Assembly: GCA_964016885.1 (NCBI GenBank)
Contig: OZ024740.1
Location: forward strand, 249,054,001-249,118,000
Direction of reading: 5' to 3'
Length of the DNA: 64,000 bases
Source of the DNA: Eledone cirrhosa
Taxonomy: Eukaryota
Both the position numbers and the translations under genes were made by a program. A model generated the notes under the pieces. That model had not been told where the DNA came from. It did not search any database and saw only the letters and a program-made list of their open reading frames with translations. Each line of letters opens with the position of its first letter. Position 1 is the stretch's first letter. Below, piece by piece: positions 36,180 to 47,062 of this stretch.

Positions 36180-39100
36180 TTTTTGACTATTGAGGTTGAA
36201 GCCACGTTTCACACCAGCGCCATAAAGTTTATATTATTTTTGTTTATTTTGACTGTCTCTAACCTTTTGTTCAAGTTTTAAACTTGAAGCAACTGACCTG
36301 TTTCTCACAAGTGGGTCAGTCGTGTTGATGCAACAGCCCCATAGTTTTAAAAAATGTTTTCAAAATTTATAAATATGGATTCTGATACAGAGTATGGAAA
36401 ATGCAGCAAAAGGTCTCATAAAGAAAGAGAGAGTTGCTGTCACAAATTGAAACGAAAAGTGAAGAAGACAGTGTTTCTATAATGGAGACAGATTTAAAAA
36501 GAAAACAAAACCATATTATTTTAAATAATAGGGTTTTAAACACACAAAGAATATTGGAACACATCCAACAAGAATAACAACAATACCAACAGCAACATCA
36601 ATGAAAACAACAATGATAAAAATGAAAACAAGAGTGAAAATAACAGCGATAAAATTGAAAAAATACAATAACAATGAAAATGACAACAGCATCAACAACA
36701 ATAAGAGCAACAACAACAAAAACGAACCAATTAACACACCAGTTAATAGTATTGCCAAAGCTTCTTTGGCTAGAACCATCAAGTTGTCTTTCAGGAAACT
36801 AAGCCTTTCTAAAGATGAAATACAAATGAAGCCAAGAGCCTTGTAGAAATGAATGGTCTTATTGTTAGCCTCAAGACCCCTGTCAAAACAATTAAAAAAA
36901 CAAGGAAGATAGAGAGAGCCACAGAGGCTCAAATTCAGAAGGCTTTGGGTTCTGTATGAAACTTAAAAACTTATATACAAAGAGGCAAGAATTTTGGCAC
37001 AGTGGAGGTGAGATTTACAACAGAGGAAGAGGCAAGATCTCACTCCCTGAAGCCACTACAGAGTGTTGAGATCCTGTTTGTCTTATTTTACAGCGGAATG
37101 CAACTAGTAAGGATCCAAATTTCACAAATATCACCGGAAATAGCCATTCCTCAGCTAATAGCTGTAATCACAGTAGGCAATGAGAAAAATTCGAAAATCC
37201 TCAAGGTCTACCAGACTAACAAAGAGAATTGTTCAGGAATGGGAGTTTAAATCCTTGTGCAAACAACACAAAGGAATGTAGATGCCATCTACAACCAAAT
37301 ACATCTTCCAGTTGGTATAATTCTACCAGTCTTAGTGGAAGGGAGGAAAACCAGATGTCACATTTGTCTTTCCACAAACCACCTGAGAGCTTTCTGCTAA
37401 AAGGAAAGAAAAGAAAACCTTCGCTCCTACCTACAACCAAAAACCTCACCAACAACAACTACCAAAATCCTGATAACATCACCAAGAAAAACAGCAAAAC
37501 CAACACTCGTAGCAGCAACAAAATCAAGCAAAACAGCAACACCATTAACAATAACACCAGCAGAACTAACACCATCAGCAACAACAACAATGCCCATCGA
37601 GGACATGCCACTCCCTGACATCACACAGTCAGACTTAAATTCTGATAAAGCTGAGGAATGGCAAACAGTCTGCTCCAAAAAGAACCAAAAAAAAAAGAAA
37701 AACTCCCTGTCTTTGCCCTCCAAAAAAGACATAAAAATCTTAAAAGTCAAAAGGAAAAAAACACTTACACCTACATCCCCACCACAAGCACCTACATCAC
37801 CAACACCACTTACCATCAGCAGCACAACAGTTACTACACATTCTAACAACATCCCAAATAAAACCTAACCCACATCCGCAACAACAAAAAGATACAAACA
37901 TCAAGCAATAAACTCAAACAATACAAAGCTTTAAAATTACTTACACCACAATTACACAAAAAGATTTCGTAAAACAAGAAAAAAAATAGCATTACCCAGA
38001 AACATACAAATTATAAAAATAACGCAAAGATTGCTACACACATTTAAAATGTGAATTTCCAGATTCATTTAGAAACTTCAGAGGAATGCTCCCCAAAAGA
38101 ATCTACAGTGACATTTTGGCTCTTGAGCCAACAAACAACTGGAAGGATAGAACAACCGCCCTTCCTCAAAATCTAAGTTAAGTGGCTTTTCCCACTTTCT
38201 CCTCCGCTTAATCGATCATGGCCTCTCTCAAGATAGTTATTATGAATGCACATGGCCTGGGTCATCTTGGAAGAAGGGCCACTTGCTCAACGACCTCAGG
38301 TCACTGGATATAGATGTGGTGGCCATTAGCAAGACAAGAGTTTTAGACGCATGAACCTTCGTACCCATTTCTGGCGGCTATGAGGTGTATGCATATCCAA
38401 GCCCTTGTTCCGGAAAGTCCTGGATCTCGCAATATAGACCATCTTCCTGAACCCAGAAAGTAAGTCGGTGGTGATGGATGTGACCAGCAGTGAAGGGCAT
38501 GCCTTCAGGTTAGTAGCTGTTTATGCTCCGACAGGGGCAGGTGTACTTCCGACACCTGGAAACCATTCTCGGAACATCTTGCTTTTTAGTCTTAGTAGGC
38601 GACTCGAATGGTACCTTAGATGCACGCTGGGATTATGTGGGAATATTGGATAGGAAAGGAGGGTGTAAAAGCCTTTCAATCCTGCTCAGATGCTTCTAAC
38701 TGTCCGAAAGATACTGACTTGATTTCCTGAAACACCAATGTGGACATGACCAGATCACATCATGTCAGCCAGATCATATCTAGATAGGGTATTCTGTAGG
38801 GAAGAAGACAATGATAACGTAGGTTGTCCACAATTTAAAATAGTCGAATACATAGACAACAAATTTATGACATGTGTAGTAGATCTAGGTAGGCTCCATA
38901 GGCAAGGACTCGGTTACTGGAAGCTGAACACCTCATTCCCAGCGTGTAAAGCTTGCAGAGACAAGATTAGTGAATTTGTTAAGCTGGCATTGATAGGGGC
39001 AATCGTCAACAACAAGGGCAATTACAGCAGAATCGATAAGGTTTAGCAATAGAGTAAACAAACAGATGTGTGTGGCTTTTCAGCACCACATTGCCGAACT

Positions 39101-40088
39101 GTTCATGAGCAGCAGCGGGCCAGATCGCGAGATGTACTTCACCACCTATCTTGACATGCAGCTGTTGGCAACAGAAGGTGAAGTGTTGTGAAAAGCCAAT
39201 AACAGTTGCTGAAATACGGGAGGCAATGACTGGCTGCACAAGATACAAATCATTGGGGGGGGGGGGGGGGGCTTGGAAACTGGAATGTCTTCAGGCTCTC
39301 AGAGCCCTCTGCCAATTGGGCAGCCTGATAGGTGGAAACTCCACCTTGATGTTCTATAGAAGGTTAGTGGTGGATGAAATCGATAACATGCTTAGGGAAA
39401 CTCTAGGCATGGAACTGCCATCAGCTGAGCCTGTCTAAGATGCATGTAGGGTGTCAAAACCGTTCTGCACATACTCATTCAGTGTCTGAGCATTGCTGAC
39501 TTGTGGGTTTATGTTAAACACCTGCAGTCGCATGTGAAGATTACCCTGCTGCCTTACTTTTGTCAGGAAGGGTAGGCTATTTTTATCTGCCATGGCAAAA
39601 GGGGTTGTATCTGGACATGTCTAAAAGGGTTGAAAACTAGCACTTTCCTCTTCAGCTAAGTCCTGATTAACTTCTTCAGGTTTCACTTGAAGAGGGAAAT
39701 CAGGTTGGAGAGGGAAGTGCTGCCTTCAAAGCAATTTGTTGAAAGGTGAGTGAGAGGGGTGAGCATAGCCCAAGTGAATGGGCCCACACTGAGTGTGAGC
39801 CTGTAGATTGGATAACAACTGGAACAGGGGGCACTTACGCTAGAGATCAGAGCACCCGTGGTTTTATGGGTTTTTTCCACAATTAACCCTCGAACATCTT
39901 TTCCCTATTGAAGAATCCCCTTTGTTTTAATTTTATCATTATTTTTCTTTTTAACATTGTTAAATTTGTTTACTAGCAAAATCCACGCACAAACACATTC
40001 TATGTTTTCGTCCTGCACTGAAAATTATTTCTTGATGTTAACCCTTGTGGTTATTAAAGAAATCATTATTATTGTTATTGTTGTTGTT
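36180..40088 (+). mobile_element. Tx1-clade LINE copy B, internally deleted
   Basis: ORF1 remnants (VEVRFTTEEEARSHSLKPL), ORF2 start MASLKIVIMNAHGL at ~38218, FRLVAVYAP, RSYLDRVF, GYWKLNTS, (ATT)n tail. Confidence 0.85.
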
Positions 40089-40199
40089 TCTTCGCTCAGC
40101 TTCTAACATTGGAGATGTATTACAGTGTTAGCTGTTCACTACCAGTGAACTGAGGTAACACGCCTTATTTTGTGAGTACCCTCCATTCGGTTTCGACTT

Positions 40200-40700
40200 G
40201 AAAATAAATTTATGCATGTATTCCATCTTAAATTTTTTCATTTCCTCCTGCATTATCTTATCAACTTCCAATATCCCTAAGTTCTTTTAATTTTGCCTCT
40301 GTTCAAGATTAATACACCACACTTTTTTAATCTGAACACCATTCTGATGTCAGCACTAAATGTATATACCGTATCAACGAGAAACCAAGCTGAGGTTCAT
40401 TCATACCATAAAGCTGAGGTTGTCCATTAATAATAAGTGATTGATGTTTTGCTGGCAACCTTTGAATTCATACCCAGCTTTAGCTTTTCTCAAAATCATT
40501 GTCAATGGTATCAGGCACAGTACAAACATCAGTGGTGACAATGTGGAATAAACCTCTCTTGATTTCTATTGTTCTTAAATCTCTCCCATTTGCTGTCAGT
40601 CCAGTCTTCCATTGTTTCATACTTTTCCTTAAGAATCGCTCAACATATTTGATGCAATATCAAATAAGTTAACACATTCCATAATCCAAGAGTGCAGATG
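40200..40700 (-). mobile_element. R4-clade LINE RT fragment
   Basis: HSWIMEC...SMKQWKT.LTANG...IEIKRG..LSPLMFVLCLIPLT...INHLLLMDNL across frameshifts. Confidence 0.65.
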
Positions 40701-40704
40701 CAAG

Positions 40705-42282
40705 CTGAACCAAGAAATATTCAGAAGTAAGAAAATAGGGCTATTAGAGAAGAATTGATACGGTTTAGTAAGTCTGAAATAATTGAGAAAACTAGAGTAG
40801 AGGGAGATCTAGGTGAAAAAATAAAAGAGGCACTTACTAAAGGTATTACAGCCAATGTACTCACGACGAGATTGGCCCTGGGGCAATTCTTCAATGCTAA
40901 GCACAAAGTCTGCATTGTCAGAACAAAAGCGCATGATCTTAGACCCAAGGAGACAAGAACCGTTCAATAGGCCCAAGTGACAGAGGTGTAGTGTGGCAAC
41001 AAAGCCACAATCTGATCTTTAGTGATGGGCGCAAGCAGATGTGTGAGGTCTTTCAACAACACTTCGCTGAAATGTTCGGGAGTACTGGCAGGTCGAACCG
41101 GGGGATGGATTTCAGAGCCTACCTTGATGGTCTACCACGGTTCTCAGCGAGGGTGGCGGAGTTTGCAAAAAACCGATAACAGCCGAGGAAATATGTGACA
41201 CAATGGAAAGCTGCTCAAGGGGCAAATCACGCAGACACGCGCTCAGTCTATGACATCACATCGTCCTCGACGGTGATCAGGTGTGGTCGCCGTTTGCTAG
41301 ACGTGTCTTTCCTCAGCTCGTCTCCTTGACGTAGCTGCAGACCTCGGTCAAGCGAAGACCGAGAGGGAGCGCTTGGAGACTGGAATGTCTTCAGGCGCTC
41401 ACGGCCCTCAACCAGTCGGGCAATGTGATCGGTGGAAACTCCACCTTGGCGTTCTATAGAGGATTAGTGGAGGGAAAGAGCAACGACGTGCTTGGGGAAA
41501 CTCTAGGCGTCAACGAAAATCAACTAGCCAATCTCTTCGGAAGAACTTTCGGGCTGGGGCCCATGAACAACTTCCAGAAATCCCTGGCCTGGCAGTCCTA
41601 CCGAGGAGCTTTGCCAGTTCGGGATAAACTCTACAGGCACGGAAGTGCCGTCAGCCGGGCATGTCCTAGATGCGCGCAGGGTGACGAAACCGTCCTGCAT
41701 GCACTCGCCCAGTGTCCAAGCATTGCTGACTTATGGGTTTATGTCGAACACCTGCTGTCGCTGAGTCCATCATGAGTATAGCCCCGCCCTGTTCCTTTAG
41801 CCAGGAAGGGCAGGCAGTTTTTATCTGTCTGGTGGCCATGGCGAAAGAGATAGTATGGTGGAAGCCTCTGAAAGGGCTGAAGACGAGCACTTACCTCTTC
41901 GGTGATACTCTGATTAACGTTTTCAAATTTCATTTGAAAAGGAAAATCAGGATAGAGAGGGAAGTGCTCTCACCCAGCATTTTGTTGAAAGATGGGTGAG
42001 AGAGGCAAGAATGGCCCATGTGAATGGGCCTACTCTGAGTATGTGCCTGTAAATTAAAGGTCACCGTGGCTCTTTTAATGGGCTTCCTCCACGATGGCCC
42101 TCGGAAGTCTCCCCCCTATTGGGGAATCTTTCATTGTTCTTTTTTTGTTACATCCTCTGTTTTTTTGTTTTTTTACATGCAGAAATGCCCAACTGCACCG
42201 TCCTGTATTGTCCTGTTCTGTCTTTAATGTCTACTTTGTGTAAACCCTTGTGGGTCATAAAGAAAGCATTATTATTATTATT
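40705..42282 (+). mobile_element. Tx1-clade LINE copy C, RT deleted
   Basis: Very similar to copy E at the DNA level. C-terminal LPVRDKLYRHGSAVSRACPRCAQGDETVLHALAQCP (CCHC) and (ATT)n tail. Confidence 0.88.
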
Positions 42283-42480
42283 ATGGATTGGCAGTATCGC
42301 TAGAGGGTCGGATGCCATTCTTTGATGCATAGAGTTACGGCCCTTGCCATTCTGAGTTCAAATCCAGCCGAAGTTAACTTTGCCTTTCATCCTTACGGGG
42401 TCGATAAAATAAAGTACCAGTAATGCACTGGGTAATTGCTGGCCTTGTGCCAAACGTAGAAACAATTATTATTATTATTA
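42283..42480 (+). mobile_element. tRNA-derived SINE
   Basis: Full copy with boxes A and B and an (ATT)n tail, directly after the Tx1 tail. Confidence 0.9.
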
Positions 42481-42762
42481 TATTATTATTACCATTATTC
42501 ATAATAATTTCTAACAGTTGTACAACATCATAAATATTTTGGGGTAGGAGATGGGAGAGGGATATGGCTGGTTAAATCAACATCAGTACTTGACTAGTAC
42601 TTTATATTATTGACTCAGAAGGATGAAGTGCAAAATTAACCTCTGTGTGATTTTAAATCAACTCTACCTTTCATCCTCCAAGCTTAATGAAAGAAAGTAC
42701 TCATCATGTACTGGCGTAATTGTAATCATAATGTACCCAAGCCCCATTTTCATAATAATAAT

Positions 42763-42941
42763 TGTTTCTACTTTAGGCACAAGGCCAGCAAATACCGAGT
42801 GCATTACTGGTACTTTATTTTATCGACCACGTAAGGATGAAAGGCAAAGTCAACCTCGGCGTCATTTGAACTCCGATCGTAAAGGGATGTAACTATGCTG
42901 GAAAGCATGGCGTCCGACCCTCTACCGATACTGCCAATCCA
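42763..42941 (-). mobile_element. tRNA-derived SINE with a 19-bp target-site duplication
   Basis: Flanked by CCATTTTCATAATAATAAT at 42744-42762 and 42942-42960. Confidence 0.92.
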
Positions 42942-43787
42942 CCATTTTCATAATAATAATGATAATAAACATTGTTTTAAAGGGTCTGCTGTTGACAATT
43001 GGACTATTAAATCCTAGGCCCTCTGTTCAAGACGCCCAACTGCATAAAATTGTTTATTTTGTACAAAACAGAGTAGTTATAGTAAAGACAAAGCATGCAA
43101 GCCATGCGGGTACGTGAGTCATTCCACATGAGACACACAAAGGTATAATAGTTCATTGTCACTTGATAGAGGAGGGGGGTGAACGTGTGCTTTATTAGAC
43201 ACACACACCAGTTGCGTTCAGTCTTCCTCAAAAACATTATCTGTCTTTTTAAAGTTGACAATTTCTAATTGACGCTAAGAAACATATTTCTATAGCATAC
43301 TATAAGATAATCCTTTAGATTTTAGCTGTTGCTCTAATTAATCTTAATTAGTTTACACATGAAGTGATTGCTAAAATCTTTAGGTTTTTCCTATAGTATA
43401 ATGTCAAAAACAAACACTGCTAATCCTTCTGTAATTTATTTAATCGATCTAACTGCCAAGAGTGCATTATATATTCATATCAGTGTATCTGGATTTCTTC
43501 CATACACATCATGTCTGTATTAGCACATTCTTCTTGCACACTACATCTAATTGCTCTTATACATAGTTTTTCTCTCAATTTGTCATTCATGCACTCTAAT
43601 TACACATCAAACAAAATGATGCTTGATTCATTTCTCTCTAGCTTTTGCACATCCTCTGCATTCAATGTCCATTTCTCACTGTTATTCAACATTGTACTTT
43701 ATATTCAAACATAAAAAAAACACTGCTAAGATGCCAGTAATATTAATCAAAATATATTTCTCTTTTTTGTCTTTGCCTCTCTTCCAG

Positions 43788-43953
43788 AATGAGACCCTCT
43801 TTACTTTGGAACAGTTATATTCTGATGCCAACAATGTAATATGGTCCAGTCTGTTGTCTTTACTTACCTACTACAATATTGGTTCAGCCTATCTCATCTC
43901 TGTCTGGTTGTTATTCTCATTTATCTTCAACTTAGTCAAATCCCACCTCAAAG
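43788..43953 (+). CDS. ERMP1: ERMP1-like exon (TM region)
   Basis: cttccAG acceptor, GTGAGC donor at 43954, phase 0-1. NETLFTLEQLYSDANNVIWSSLLSLLTYYNIGSAYLISVWLLF resembles ERMP1 LTY.GL.SAF...VW. Confidence 0.88.
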
Positions 43954-45111
43954 GTGAGCCACTCTAAGTTATTTTTTTACTAAATTACTTACTAAATTAA
44001 TTTCATATTGCTCCAGTTCCCTAAACTAAAAAAAATATCAATAGCAGCTGGGGTTAACTTTGCAATGGATTCGTGTCTGGTTCAGCAGACCTACTTAACA
44101 CTGCATGAATCTGGGATAATCTCCAGCCTGATCAGCCTCTGAGACAAATTCCAACTTTAACTAAGCCACCTATCTATTATTGTATAATCTTAATATATAA
44201 AAGTCAATGAATGTCCGTATGTACCAAGTTTTAGGCCACATCTTTGTATATGAACACATCTTTTTATGAATGCCATAGGTTATGTGTGACTTTTTCTGAA
44301 ATTTGTTGTTTTTAGCTCCCGACAGAATAAAACCCCTCTCCAGGCACTGCAATAGTTATTGGAAAAGGTTAAAGTTATACATCATCATCACCGTTTAACA
44401 TCCATTTTTCCACGCTAGCAAATGAGTTGTCCCGTTGTGAGACAAGTCAGATCAGGTGACTGTGTCTTGCTCATACAGAACTGATTCTGGCTTGGCTTCT
44501 ACGACTGGATGCCCTTCCTAATGCCAACCGCATCTACAGTGAGTACTGGGTGTTTTTTGCTGTGACACCTGCATGACCACTTTACAGTGTGGGCTGGGCG
44601 CTTTTTGTCAAGGCACCAAAAAAACTACTTTACAGTGTTGGCTGGATGGGGATTGGGGAGGTAGATCTAGGGAGGTGGATGATGGGGTGGGATCTTAGGA
44701 TGTGTTATTATTTAGAAAAATTATTCATTTAGAGTAATTATGCAAATTAGTTAAATATTTTTTTTAACAAAAAGGATGTTTTTCAAGGAAATGTAAGTGT
44801 AAACATTTATTTTATTTTCTATTATATTTGTTTATTTTTGCATACTTTTATAAAACTCAACTTGAATTAACTTCTGGGTTGATGGATGTAACAATTCTGA
44901 GTAAATCAACATCCTTTGACCTATTGAAGGTTGTCAGCATTTTCTTAAAACAATTTATTATAAATATAATGAATTCATGTTATTGTATATATTTTAGGTA
45001 ATAGGAAACCTATCTAAGAGTAGCTACTGTTGCTAATGTGTTATATGTTATTTCTGTTTATCATTGCCCTCAGGTATCTTACATTGACCAGACTATTTAT
45101 GCATCTTTCAG

Positions 45112-45302
45112 GTCGTATACTACATCTGTTGATTGGTCACTTCATAGCACTCACACTGCCCACTCTCCTGACACTCTACATGTCTCATCTATCACTACAG
45201 TTCTTTCTTCCCATCATGGGTCGTGTTGGCTCCTTTATACTTCCTGATGTTGCTGTTGGCGTCATGATCGCTCTCCCCATCATTGTTATCTCTGGATTCA
45301 GT
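45112..45302 (+). CDS. ERMP1: ERMP1-like exon (TM region)
   Basis: ctttcAG acceptor (phase 1 fits the upstream exon), GTAAGT donor at 45303. FFLPIMGRVGSFILPDVAVG matches ERMP1 FTPILGRSGSEIPPDVVLA. Confidence 0.92.
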
Positions 45303-45362
45303 GTAAGTTCCCCTTTTCTCATAACAAAACATATCTACCTTCTTTTCATCATTGATCCTTAT

Positions 45363-45393
<31 letters not shown>

Positions 45394-46357
45394 CCTTTTC
45401 TAAATATTGGCAGGTATATTATTTCTATTCATTAGTCAAGAAGGGAAGTACAACGCCCATGGTCCTTTTCAAGGCCTCTTAGAGTGATATAATGGAGGGA
45501 GGAAAGTATCCTCAAATTGGACACCTGGCCTGGATTTAACAGAGGTCAGGATCAAGTGGTGGTGTTAAACTAGGTGACAGATAAAGTCTATCACACAAGT
45601 AGGCCATAGCAAGATTTGTACTCAGAATGTAAATAGACGGAACAAATACCACAAGGCATCCTATCTTATACTCCAATGATTCTGCTAGTTCACAGGTCTA
45701 GATTCATACTTTATTTATCAACCCCAGAAGGATGAAATGCAAAGTTGATCTTGGTGGAATTTGAACTCAGTATGCAAGGAGATGGAATAAACAGTGGAAT
45801 GCATTCACTTGATGCCTTAATGCTTCTGCCATTTCACCACCTAGTATAATGGCCAAGTAGCTAATATATGAACTTCTGTGTTCTGAATTTAAATTCTAAT
45901 GCTTGCATTTTGTTTGTTCTTGGGCAGAGCACCTAATTACACCTTTTAAAAAATATATTACCTACTACTTGCATCAGCATTAAGTGAAGGCATGTGGCTT
46001 AGTGGTTAGAGTTTTTGGCTAACAATCAAAAGGTTCTGAGTCTCATTTCCGGAGGTGCATTGTATATAATCAATTGTTCCCCTCTCCCTCAAATTTCTGG
46101 ACTGGTGCCTATGTTAGACATTATTAATTATTGTGGTAGATTGGCAGAATTGCTAGAGTGTCAGACAAAATGTCACATGGTATTTATTTTGGCTCTTTAT
46201 CTTTCTGAGTTCAAATCTTGCCAATGTCAACTTTACTGTCCATTCTTTGAGAGTTGATAAAATATAGTACCAGTCAAGTATGGGACTGTTATAATCGACT
46301 TTCCTTCCCACTAATTTTCTGGCCTTGGCCTATGTTAAAACTATTATTATTATTATT

Positions 46358-46856
46358 GGTGGACAAGGTTGAATGGGTTAAAGACAGACACTTTCCTCTT
46401 CGGCAAATCCCTGATTAACTTTTTCAAGTTTTACTTGAAGAGGAAAATCAGGGTGGAGAGGCAAGTGCAGTCTTCTAGCACGTTTGTTGAAAGGTGGGTG
46501 AATGTAGCGAGAATGGTCCGAGTGAACGGGACCGCTCTGAATATACGTCTGTAGTTTGAGGAATGGGAAAAAATTGAGAGAGGGCGCTTGCCCCGGTGGT
46601 CATGGTGGCCGTGGTCTTTTGTGTGGTTTTCGCCACGAGTAACCCTCGGAGGTTTCCCCCCTATTGGGGAATTTTTCATTGTTTCAATTTTCATTTTTAT
46701 TGTTTATATATATATATGTTTCTATGTCTTTTTTTTCTTTTCTTATATAAATAATAAAAATCTTTACATGCACAAAAGCCACATCGTACCATCCTGTGCT
46801 GTCTGTAATGTTTTTCTTGTTGTCAGCCCTTGTGGCCAATAAATAAATCATTATTA
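46358..46856 (+). mobile_element. Tx1-clade LINE copy D, 3' fragment
   Basis: WWTRLNGLKTDTFLFGKSLINFFKFYLKRKIRVERQV...RWVNVARM; begins immediately after an (ATT)n run. Confidence 0.85.
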
Positions 46857-47062
46857 ATTGGCAGTATCGGTAGAGGGTCGGACGCCATGCTTTCCAGCAT
46901 AGTTACGTCCCTTTACGATCTGAGTTCAAATCCCGCCGAGGTTGACTTTGCCTTTCATCCTTACGGGGTCAATAAAATAAAGTACCAGTAATGCACTGGG
47001 TAATTGCTGGTCTTGTGCCTAAAGTAGAAACAATTATTATTATTATTATTATTATTATTATT
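46857..47062 (+). mobile_element. tRNA-derived SINE
   Basis: Young copy with a long (ATT)n tail. Confidence 0.9.

Noticed and set aside
42990-43263. Possible solo LTR (TGT...ACA, with GTTGACAATT repeated at both ends)
   Set aside because: No clear 4-6 bp TSD and no second copy in the window, so it cannot be supported.
45074-45111. Upstream CAG acceptor extending the 45112 exon
   Set aside because: It is phase 2, incompatible with the phase-1 donor at 43954.
46857-46940. tRNA gene suggested by box A/B motifs
   Set aside because: These are SINE heads; there is no cloverleaf and they continue into the SINE core and tail.
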